Positions 9,597 through 16,624 are shown, numbered from the stretch's first letter. The stretch is 27,817 nt of DNA from a virus (IMGVR_UViG_3300037520_000413:1-27817); one strand, 5' to 3'. Translations and numbers: made by a program. Notes: generated by a model from the letters alone, not told the origin.

Positions 9597-10097
9597 TTAG
9601 TTAAACATTACTTCAATTTTTGAAGTAATAGGTGGTGCTTCTGAAAATGTAAGTGTTGTGCTTGCCACAGCATAAGTGTTTTTGTTTTGGTACACACCGT
9701 TAATGTACACAAAAGTAAAATTTTCGCCCAACGATGCAGAACTTAACGTAAACGCAATTTGCGATCCTGTGCCCGTAAAGTTTTGAACTTGAAATTCGGA
9801 CGCGCCGCTCCCCGAAACATTGTCGTAAGTGGCGATAAGAACATCGGCAGACGTATTTAAAGTAAACTTGTACGGGCCTGCCGTTAACCAAATTTCACCG
9901 CCTGGCACTCGGCCAGCAGAATCCAAAATAATTGGATTGGTATGGGCGGTGACTCCAGATGAACTGGTATATGTAGCTTTGGGTGTTGTTGTCCCCGCAG
10001 CATAAGAGTACAGCTTGCCGCCAGCTAAAGGGACACCGCTATTAGTAAAAAACTGAGCCGCTACGCCGCCCACTGGAGAGAGAAAAACGATAGCCAT
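9597..10097 (-). CDS. Tailspike adaptor: P22-type head-binding domain plus one small beta-sandwich, no catalytic domain
   Basis: QFF..SG.PLAGGKLY.Y.AGTTTP...NPIILDSAGR resembles the P22 gp9 virion-binding domain. It is followed by FTGTGSQIAFTL...YINGVYQ...LTFSEAPP...IEV and a stop at 166 aa. Confidence 0.65.
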   Translation of the reverse strand: MAIVFLSPVGGVAAQFFTNSGVPLAGGKLYSYAAGTTTPKATYTSSSGVTAHTNPIILDSAGRVPGGEIWLTAGPYKFTLNTSADVLIATYDNVSGSGASEFQVQNFTGTGSQIAFTLSSASLGENFTFVYINGVYQNKNTYAVASTTLTFSEAPPITSKIEVMFN

Positions 10098-10102
10098 TTA
10101 AA

Positions 10103-10264
10103 TCACTCCAAAAGAATCAAGCCACCGTCTTCTTGGACAAGGTTGTCGCTAGATTCGGTGAGAAGGTTGCTTTGCGCTTGTTCGCTTCCACGGCCACCAA
10201 AAAGCGAAATAACACCGCCTAGGCCAAGACCTACTGCATTGCGAAAAGCTACACCGAAGCTCAT
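10103..10264 (-). CDS. 53-aa linker-like virion peptide (GLGLG N-terminus, acidic LLTE..NL..EDG..ILLE C-terminus)
   Basis: Read manually: MSFGVAFRNAVGLGLGGVISLFGGRGSEQAQSNLLTESSDNLVQEDGGLILLE. It has an ATGA overlap with the upstream gene and fills the gap to the next gene. Confidence 0.75.
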   Translation of the reverse strand: MSFGVAFRNAVGLGLGGVISLFGGRGSEQAQSNLLTESSDNLVQEDGGLILLE

Positions 10265-10569
10265 TGTTTGTTGATGGGTTTGGAATACGCGGTGCCATCA
10301 GTGCTGCCAATTCGCAACACGCTGACGCGCCAAGGAGCGCCGGTAGAATTGATTGGCACAACAAACGGGATGGGCGTAAAAGCTGGAATTGGTGTGCTGG
10401 CGCTGGTAGCCACGGCCCCAACACCCACTTCAACATAGCAAGGCTGGTCGCACCAGACTACTACGCCTTGTGGGCCAGGGGGCCATGCAGTCGTATTTCC
10501 AGCGCTAGCACCGGCAGTTGCAGTGTAGGCGGGGTAATCCGCTTTGCTCATCGGGTTTAGAAGTTCCAT
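10261..10569 (-). CDS. Small beta-rich virion protein, possible head-spike base (102 aa)
   Basis: AAGGA RBS, operon position and predicted all-beta composition. It is translationally coupled to the GLGLG peptide. Confidence 0.55.
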   Translation of the reverse strand: MELLNPMSKADYPAYTATAGASAGNTTAWPPGPQGVVVWCDQPCYVEVGVGAVATSASTPIPAFTPIPFVVPINSTGAPWRVSVLRIGSTDGTAYSKPINKQ

Positions 10570-10578
10570 GATGTTTCC

Positions 10579-10941
10579 TTATGCCAAGAATTTCAATTTG
10601 TACAAAGTCCGCAGATAAATCTCAACGATATTATCTATCAACTGTTGTAGCGATGAGTCTGATTTATCACAGACATTGTACCGAGCACCTTCAATCTCAG
10701 CCAACGAGTCTTCTAAGAACTCAATCACGTTGCTGGTCTTCTTTGCTGAGTGCAGGGTGATCGGGCCGATTAAACCGTGACGGCCTTGGTAGGCTTCGGC
10801 AAAATCATCAGCCGCACCAACGATGCGGTCATAGAAAATGTTGAGCGCTTGGTGCTTGCTAAAACTGCGAGTGTTCAAGTGAACGCTGTGCGTCACATCA
10901 CGGGCTAGAAATAGCAAGCCTAAAAAATCAGCGGGTTTCAT
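10579..10941 (-). CDS. Dps/ferritin-like four-helix protein (DUF5856-like)
   Basis: H-LNT-SFSKH.AL..FY......D.FAE pattern parallels the Dps ferroxidase ligands. It has an ATGA overlap with the portal stop. Confidence 0.7.
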   Translation of the reverse strand: MKPADFLGLLFLARDVTHSVHLNTRSFSKHQALNIFYDRIVGAADDFAEAYQGRHGLIGPITLHSAKKTSNVIEFLEDSLAEIEGARYNVCDKSDSSLQQLIDNIVEIYLRTLYKLKFLA

Positions 10942-13112
10942 TGTGGCATTCCTTCAGGTGGCATCATTTCCATAGGCATGGATTCATCACGCATTTCAGG
11001 CATCTGGTTCATCATGCTCTGCGACTCCATCGCCGCAGCAACCACGCCCATCGCAATGTCCTGAATCTGCTGCTCAGTCATGCCAGCTTGCACAGCGGCA
11101 ATGCGCTTGGTTTCGGCATCGTACACTTTGACTTGGGCTTCAAGGTCTTTGCGCTGCATGTCTTGCATCTCAATGGACTTGCCCACGTTCTGGATCATCT
11201 GGTGCATCTGCTCCATCTCTTGGCCCATCGCTTGCATCTGCTGCTGCGCGGCTTGCAGTTCTGGATTGTCCTCGCCGTCTGACATGAGCTTAGGATCAAT
11301 GGTCTTGGCAAAGCGTTTAGCCATTTCCTGAGCGCCAGGCCAGTCCATGTTCTTGACAAACAGATCGCCGGCTACCGCCCACAGTTGCGGGTTGCCTTGC
11401 AACAGTTGGGCCATTGCCTCAAGAGCCTCTTGGCGCTTGGTCGCGTAGCCTGGGCCGGTGGTAGCCACGACATCGTACTTGCCAACGCCAGGGTTGTAGA
11501 TTTTCTCCATCACAATGCCGCGCTCGTCAACGATCTTGTTGACTGGCTGATCTTGGTCAGGGTTGATCTTGACCATCTTTGTCTCGCCATCTTCACCGAT
11601 GATGCGAGCAATGCGCTGGGTGTCGTAAATTTTCGGGATCAAGTCCACAAGCTGGCGGGCCACGTGCCGAACGCCACGGGCCAAGTTGTCGCCGTAGTGG
11701 TAGGTGCCCACATCGCCCTCGCGCTGACGCGCAAGAATTGCTTTGCCGCTTCTCTCATTGCTGCCCATGCCCAAAGATGCGTTGTATTGGCCGGTTGTGG
11801 ACTTAATGTCCTCAGAAGCGCCCGCTTTGGCTTGCAGCAGGCCGCTAGAGGCCATCGGTGGCTGTGCCCTAGACGGTAGCGGCAAAACAGCGCCTTGGCC
11901 GTCTGTGACGTCTGGGTTGACCTCCAGATACGGCCAGTTGGTCGTATTTGCGGTCTTCCACTTGTCTTCGTAGCCTTCAAACTGCCCGCCGTAGCCAATA
12001 AATGGCGCTTTCGGGGCCAAGGCTAGCATTTCAGCTTCTTGCGAAACCCAGTAGTTGTACATGCGCTGGGCATCCTTGGCGTTACGCACCAAGCCCGACA
12101 CATACAAGCGGCCATCGACTTCAAACTCGTTGCCAACGATGCGAATGACGGGGATGTATTTGCCCGCCCAATCGCGCTTCTCAAGGATTTCGTAGCCGTT
12201 GATCTTGCAGTACTTGACCTTTTGGCGGTCAGCCTCGCGGCTGCGCTTGGGCTTGCCGTAGATGGCTTTTAGCTGCTTGTCTTCGGGTGTGCCCTCAAAG
12301 GCGGTAATGTTGCCAGGGTACAGGTTCAGCGTAGCGCGGTCGTAGTCGATGTAGTAGTAGTCTGCAACGCGAATCGTGTCTTCGTTGAGCCAGTTGCTGA
12401 TCGACTGGTCGCCCACGCCTAGCGATTGCAGCGTGGTGATGGGCGCTGCGTCTGGGTACTGGCGCTCGTACTCTGCACGGGTCAGGTCTTCAGTGATGAA
12501 GCAATACTTTGCGTCCGCGCCGGTCGGGTCTTGGATCATCGGGTCCATGTAGACCGAGAACGAGTTGCGGATGCGGCCAATCTTGATGTCTTGGTCAAAG
12601 GTGTTGTCGTCGCAATACTCGGTGAGCAGGCGCAAGTAGCCTTCGCCGTAGGACACTTGGTTTTCGCAGGCCGTGTCGTAGGCCACATCAGCATCCGAGA
12701 TGTACTCGATGTGCCGGATCATGCCATTGAAAATGTCGGCGACTTCCACATCGGCGTTGTCGTCCACGGGGATGACTTTGGCGCCTGGGCGGTTTTGCCG
12801 CTGGTCGTTTGTCACCTGACGCACATGCTGCGGCAGCTTGTTGATTGTTAGGCAGGGCCGTGCGTTGATCGTCTGCCCTTGCACCGCGCCGCGAGTCGCC
12901 AGCACATCGGCAGGCCACTGCCAGTGGTTGTCGGGCGAGCCAGCGTAGAACTTCAGGTCATCGACTTCATCTTCACGCGACTCAGACAGCGCCGAAACAG
13001 CCATGTCCAAACGCGAACGTGCCGTTGCCAACACATCCGCATCGCTTTTGTCTTTGGCCGAACCACCAACAGCAACGGCTGCGGCGGCGACTATGCCTGT
13101 TGGGTCTGCCAT
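10938..13112 (-). CDS. Portal protein, P22 gp1-like
   Basis: 724 aa. It contains RPCLTINKL, GLVRNAKDAQRMYNYW and SGKAILARQ motifs, and a Gln/Met-rich C-terminal helical barrel. Confidence 0.93.
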   Translation of the reverse strand: MADPTGIVAAAAVAVGGSAKDKSDADVLATARSRLDMAVSALSESREDEVDDLKFYAGSPDNHWQWPADVLATRGAVQGQTINARPCLTINKLPQHVRQVTNDQRQNRPGAKVIPVDDNADVEVADIFNGMIRHIEYISDADVAYDTACENQVSYGEGYLRLLTEYCDDNTFDQDIKIGRIRNSFSVYMDPMIQDPTGADAKYCFITEDLTRAEYERQYPDAAPITTLQSLGVGDQSISNWLNEDTIRVADYYYIDYDRATLNLYPGNITAFEGTPEDKQLKAIYGKPKRSREADRQKVKYCKINGYEILEKRDWAGKYIPVIRIVGNEFEVDGRLYVSGLVRNAKDAQRMYNYWVSQEAEMLALAPKAPFIGYGGQFEGYEDKWKTANTTNWPYLEVNPDVTDGQGAVLPLPSRAQPPMASSGLLQAKAGASEDIKSTTGQYNASLGMGSNERSGKAILARQREGDVGTYHYGDNLARGVRHVARQLVDLIPKIYDTQRIARIIGEDGETKMVKINPDQDQPVNKIVDERGIVMEKIYNPGVGKYDVVATTGPGYATKRQEALEAMAQLLQGNPQLWAVAGDLFVKNMDWPGAQEMAKRFAKTIDPKLMSDGEDNPELQAAQQQMQAMGQEMEQMHQMIQNVGKSIEMQDMQRKDLEAQVKVYDAETKRIAAVQAGMTEQQIQDIAMGVVAAAMESQSMMNQMPEMRDESMPMEMMPPEGMPQ

Positions 13113-13246
13113 TATTTTTTCTTTTCTGCTTTACGCTTGACCGAGTAAGCAATCGCCACGGCCTGCTTTACAGGCTTGCCAGCAGCCACTTCGGCCTTGA
13201 CGTTTTTGCGAAAAGCCTCGGGTGTTTTTGACTTGACAAGCGGCAT
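13112..13246 (-). CDS. Small basic protein (44 aa)
   Basis: Read manually: MPLVKSKTPEAFRKNVKAEVAAGKPVKQAVAIAYSVKRKAEKKK. It has a TAATG overlap with the portal start. Confidence 0.75.
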   Translation of the reverse strand: MPLVKSKTPEAFRKNVKAEVAAGKPVKQAVAIAYSVKRKAEKKK

Positions 13247-13247
13247 G

Positions 13248-13652
13248 TTAAGACGCTCCGTGAATGATTGCAAAGTTGATTACAACCGCTTCGGATAAAT
13301 TTCCACCACTGATGTTTCTCAGTGTAATCGTACAAGTGCCCGCGCTCATGCTGCTAATCCAGCAGTTGTACGCGCCCGATGTAGCACCAGAACTTACGTT
13401 CAAAATAATCACATCTTTAACGCTGATCAAACTGTTGGTCAGTGTGAAAGTTACATTGGTCAACGTGTTGAGCGTTGCGCCGTTCGTTGTAATTCGGCCC
13501 ATGCTTGCATTAAGCGTGACGCCAGTTGACTTGCTTGTCTCTTGAGTTACCGCGCCTTGTCCAGCAAGGGCGTAGCCAATTTCTTCACTGGCATAACAAG
13601 TGGTGAACTCTGGGTCTAGGTATGCAACGCCAGTTGCTTTGGTGTTAGACAT
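13248..13652 (-). CDS. Putative head decoration/spike protein (134 aa)
   Basis: Beta-rich (VTQ.TSKSTGVTLN...G.IT). The N-terminus MSNTKATGVAYLD is shared with 3963-4289. Confidence 0.55.
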   Translation of the reverse strand: MSNTKATGVAYLDPEFTTCYASEEIGYALAGQGAVTQETSKSTGVTLNASMGRITTNGATLNTLTNVTFTLTNSLISVKDVIILNVSSGATSGAYNCWISSMSAGTCTITLRNISGGNLSEAVVINFAIIHGAS

Positions 13653-13804
13653 TATTTTTTCTTTGCAGTTTTAGCCGACTTTATAAAGTCTTGCTTGGTC
13701 GGCGCAGCTTTACTGCCAACCTTATTCATTTTTTCGCCAGAACCGGCTTTGATACGAGCCTGTTTTGCGTGAATGTTTGCGTAGAGGCCAGGTTTTGTTG
13801 CCAT
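13652..13804 (-). CDS. Small basic protein (50 aa)
   Basis: Read manually: MATKPGLYANIHAKQARIKAGSGEKMNKVGSKAAPTKQDFIKSAKTAKKK. It has a TAATG overlap with the next gene. Confidence 0.75.
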   Translation of the reverse strand: MATKPGLYANIHAKQARIKAGSGEKMNKVGSKAAPTKQDFIKSAKTAKKK

Positions 13805-13806
13805 GA

Positions 13807-14067
13807 TCAGCACTTCCATCGTTTAAGGGCTGCTTTAGCGCGTTCGCCGTCTTTGGCGTTGGCCGCTACGGCACCCATTCTTGCACAAAATGAATCCTTG
13901 CGGCCTTGATCTGCCTTGGTCTTGGGGTTTGGGGCCGGCGCCTTGAGGTTTGAGCCAGTCGCAGCGTTGTACTTGGCTCTACCCTTCTCGGTCAGGCCAG
14001 CGCCCTTAGATACGGGCAGTTTTTCACCGCGTCCGACAGACAAAGAAACAGTTTTTTTCGTTGCCAT
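13807..14067 (-). CDS. Small basic protein (86 aa)
   Basis: Lys/Arg-rich, with GLTEKGRAKYN...SFCARM...ALKRWKC. It abuts the terL stop. Confidence 0.75.
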   Translation of the reverse strand: MATKKTVSLSVGRGEKLPVSKGAGLTEKGRAKYNAATGSNLKAPAPNPKTKADQGRKDSFCARMGAVAANAKDGERAKAALKRWKC

Positions 14068-15597
14068 CTAGCTTCCCATCCAAGATGTGTTGGCCGAAGT
14101 GTCTGAATACGTCCGGCGGGTGGTTGTGCGCGCATTGTACTCGCCCCGATGGGCCACGGGAAAGGCAAACGTCACTGCAATAGCGTCCGCAGCGTCTGGC
14201 GAGGCTAAACCGCGTGATTTCATGTCTTTTTTCGACTCCAAAAAGATTGTTCCACGTGAATCAGGCTTCATCATAGGCGAAATCAAGTCCGTCTTCAAGA
14301 ACCTGTCGTTCGGAATACTGGCCGTCTTGAGCCATTCCCGCATGTCGCCCCACATTTGCGCCCTCATGTTGCCGTACATGATCGGGTTTTTGGACTTGTT
14401 GCCAAAATTTACGCCCTTGATCTTGTAGCGCTGCTCTTTGAGCCTGTCCACAATGCCCGCCCCCAGCCCGCCCTCGTCAATGACGACCAGCGTGGGCTTG
14501 TATTCCTCAATGGCGTCAATCACATACCCCACCACGGTCATGGTGTCGTCGCCTCGGTGCCTGATGATCTTCACGATGTCGCGCCCCTGCCGCACGGCAA
14601 TGACTGTCGCGTCCGCACCGAACCGCGCCGGATCGACACCGATCACAATGGGCGCGCTCATGTCTTGGTATTTGACCCGCTTCATGGCCTCGTCGACCGT
14701 ATTGGCGCCGATGAACTGATCATCGCCCGCGCTTGGAAACTGGCCGTACACCTCGACGTGCGCCTGGGCTGAGTCCGGCCCGTACTCGTCGATGATCTGC
14801 TGGTAGACCGCCTTGTCTGTTCCTTCGACCGTGCGGGCGTCCACCACCTTGGTGTTCCAAAAGTCGCGCTTGGAGTGGAACGTCTCGTAGAAGTACCCCG
14901 TGTTGCGGCGGGGGTTGGAGAACGCAAACCAGAACCTGTTGGGCGTGTTCTCCGTAAAGAAACCTGCAGTCACCGCCCAGATGGCGTCATCAATACCACT
15001 GGCCTCGTCGAAGATGACCAGCACGCCGTCCATGTTGTGCACACCCGCAAACGCGTCTGGATTCTCAGCCGACCAGAGCCGGCCCTCAACGCCCCAGTAC
15101 CTGGTGCCCTTACGCAAATCGCGCTCAACCAACTCGGTCAGCCACTTGGCCGGTTGCAGGCTGGTGGCGCTGACCTCAAACCAGTGGCTGTTCAGCCCCA
15201 TCGCCAGCCACTTGGTAATCTCGGCCCAGGTCACCTTACGCAGCTGCGACTCGCTGTTGGCCGACACGATGGTTGTTGAGCCGATCCGCGTGGACAGCAT
15301 CCAGATAACCAGCCATGAGACTAGCGCCGACTTGCCAATACCACGGCCTGACGCGACCGCTTCGCGCAGGGTATCGAAGTCAATCTTGCCGCCGTTTTGC
15401 TTGATGTGCGCCGCGATGTCTTGCAACACCTCGCGCTGCCATTTGCGCGGGCCACTGAAATGTTCCAGCGGCGTGCCCTTGACGCCCCACGGGAACAGCA
15501 GCATCACGAACGCCAGCGGGTTGTCCTTGATTTGGGGCGACCACAGCCGCGCCATCAACTCTTGTTCGTCTTCAGCGCTGTACTTGGTGGACTGCAT
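14068..15597 (-). CDS. terL: Terminase large subunit
   Basis: Walker A ASGRGIGKS, Walker B LVIFDEASG, coupling motif SNP, and RNase H-fold IGVDPARFGAD and SPDAADA. Confidence 0.95.
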   Translation of the reverse strand: MQSTKYSAEDEQELMARLWSPQIKDNPLAFVMLLFPWGVKGTPLEHFSGPRKWQREVLQDIAAHIKQNGGKIDFDTLREAVASGRGIGKSALVSWLVIWMLSTRIGSTTIVSANSESQLRKVTWAEITKWLAMGLNSHWFEVSATSLQPAKWLTELVERDLRKGTRYWGVEGRLWSAENPDAFAGVHNMDGVLVIFDEASGIDDAIWAVTAGFFTENTPNRFWFAFSNPRRNTGYFYETFHSKRDFWNTKVVDARTVEGTDKAVYQQIIDEYGPDSAQAHVEVYGQFPSAGDDQFIGANTVDEAMKRVKYQDMSAPIVIGVDPARFGADATVIAVRQGRDIVKIIRHRGDDTMTVVGYVIDAIEEYKPTLVVIDEGGLGAGIVDRLKEQRYKIKGVNFGNKSKNPIMYGNMRAQMWGDMREWLKTASIPNDRFLKTDLISPMMKPDSRGTIFLESKKDMKSRGLASPDAADAIAVTFAFPVAHRGEYNARTTTRRTYSDTSANTSWMGS

Positions 15598-16018
15598 CTA
15601 GTTGTGGCGTGAGGTATTCACTTGGGTTGTTCTCAATAACGTCCATGACGCGCCGCTCGGCTTCGGCCAAGGCGGCGGTGATTGAGATGCGCTGATCCAC
15701 GTCGATGGTAATGGCCTGCTTGGCGACCCAACCGTGGACGTGTTGCAGAATTGCCAGGCTGGCTTTGGCGTCCCCCTCGGCGGCGGCTTTGTGCAGTTGG
15801 CGTGAGGCTTCTATCTCGCCATCAGCCTTGCCCTTTAACGCGGCAACTTCGGCGATCGGGTCAAGCTGGCACAGTTGGCGGTACTCGGTAGGCAACATGC
15901 CCGCAGCCATAGCCAAGCTGTCGCCTTTGAGGCCCAACTTGGCAGCATCGTAGATTCGGTTTAAGCGCGCCTCTGTCGCTTCGACTTTGCGCGCCTCAAA
16001 TGGAAGCGAGTAAAACAT
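15572..16018 (-). CDS. terS: Terminase small subunit (putative)
   Basis: Start reassigned to MFYSLP (GGAG RBS). It is a 148-aa helical protein with an N-terminal HTH-like segment and overlaps the terL start. Confidence 0.7.
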   Translation of the reverse strand: MFYSLPFEARKVEATEARLNRIYDAAKLGLKGDSLAMAAGMLPTEYRQLCQLDPIAEVAALKGKADGEIEASRQLHKAAAEGDAKASLAILQHVHGWVAKQAITIDVDQRISITAALAEAERRVMDVIENNPSEYLTPQLDAVHQVQR

Positions 16019-16130
16019 GGATTCTCCAGCCACTGGTACGTGTGCGCGGATTTTATACTAAAAAAAATTTTGTTTGTAGCCCCTCCGTTACCGGCTGGCC
16101 CTGCCGCTCGGCCCTACCCCCACCCCCTAA

Positions 16131-16257
16131 GTTAGTAAGCGCTTACTTACAGCCTGGTATGTGAGCACTTACTAACATGCACCGCCCCAGTTAGCACTCA
16201 CTTACAACCTGGTGAGTGAGTGCTGACTAACATCCTGGTTAGTGGGCGCTCACGCCA
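16131..16257. repeat. Array of five 20-bp imperfect palindromes, SlmA-binding-site-like
   Basis: GTTAGTAAGCGCTTACTTAC (16131), GTATGTGAGCACTTACTAAC (16157), CCCAGTTAGCACTCACTTAC (16186), GTGAGTGAGTGCTGACTAAC (16212), GTTAGTGGGCGCTCACGCCA (16238). The spacers are AGCCTG, a 9-bp spacer, AACCTG and ATCCTG. Confidence 0.9.
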
Positions 16258-16263
16258 GATCGC

Positions 16264-16619
16264 ATGGGTCATTTAGGCTAACCCAAACAGGTTGACAGCT
16301 TGCAACATGCGAGCCGGCCATGCGGCCACATAGCATGGGTCATTTGGGTCATGGCCTACATGTTGACCCATGTGGCACATGCGAGGGCTTTTGGCGCTCT
16401 CTGGGGGCTTTGGCGCGATGGGTCATTTGGGTCATTTAGCCATCAAATTTAAGTCGCTGCCTTATAACATTGCCACTGTATATATATACAGTATATTGAT
16501 AACTTCATAATTCAACTTATCAATGACCCAAATGACCCAAACAATAGGCTTTTCATTGGGGGCGCGCATGTGTCAAACGCCCCTAATCTGGCGTCAAACT
16601 TTTAGCACAAATGACCCAA
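16264..16619. repeat. TGGGTCATT iteron-like repeats in convergent orientation around an AT-rich core; candidate replication origin
   Basis: Forward copies at about 16265, 16336+16345 and 16419+16428. Inverted copies at about 16364, 16522+16531 and 16610. The segment 16440-16520 is AT-rich. Confidence 0.75.
16474..16493. promoter_or_regulatory. LexA (SOS) box
   Basis: CACTGTATATATATACAGTA is a 19/20 match to the E. coli-type consensus TACTGTATATATATACAGTA. Confidence 0.85.
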
Positions 16620-16624
16620 GTTTT

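Noticed and set aside
10149-10436. 95-aa minus-strand ORF from the track
   Set aside because: It overlaps two better-supported coupled ORFs (10261-10569 and 10103-10264) in another frame.
14-15953. Many long plus-strand ORFs opposite the structural genes (e.g. 2652-3446, 4728-5369, 14900-15601)
   Set aside because: These are antisense shadows of GC-rich coding frames with no RBS or recognisable motifs.
16112-16119. KOPS-like GGGTAGGG on the minus strand
   Set aside because: A single octamer within a G-rich run is expected by chance, and no dif-like site was seen.
16131-16257. Palindromic array as a mini-CRISPR
   Set aside because: The spacers are only 6-9 bp and nearly identical, and the repeats are degenerate. 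This fits protein-binding sites.
16292-16297. Perfect TTGACA -35 hexamer
   Set aside because: There is no acceptable -10 element 16-18 bp downstream.
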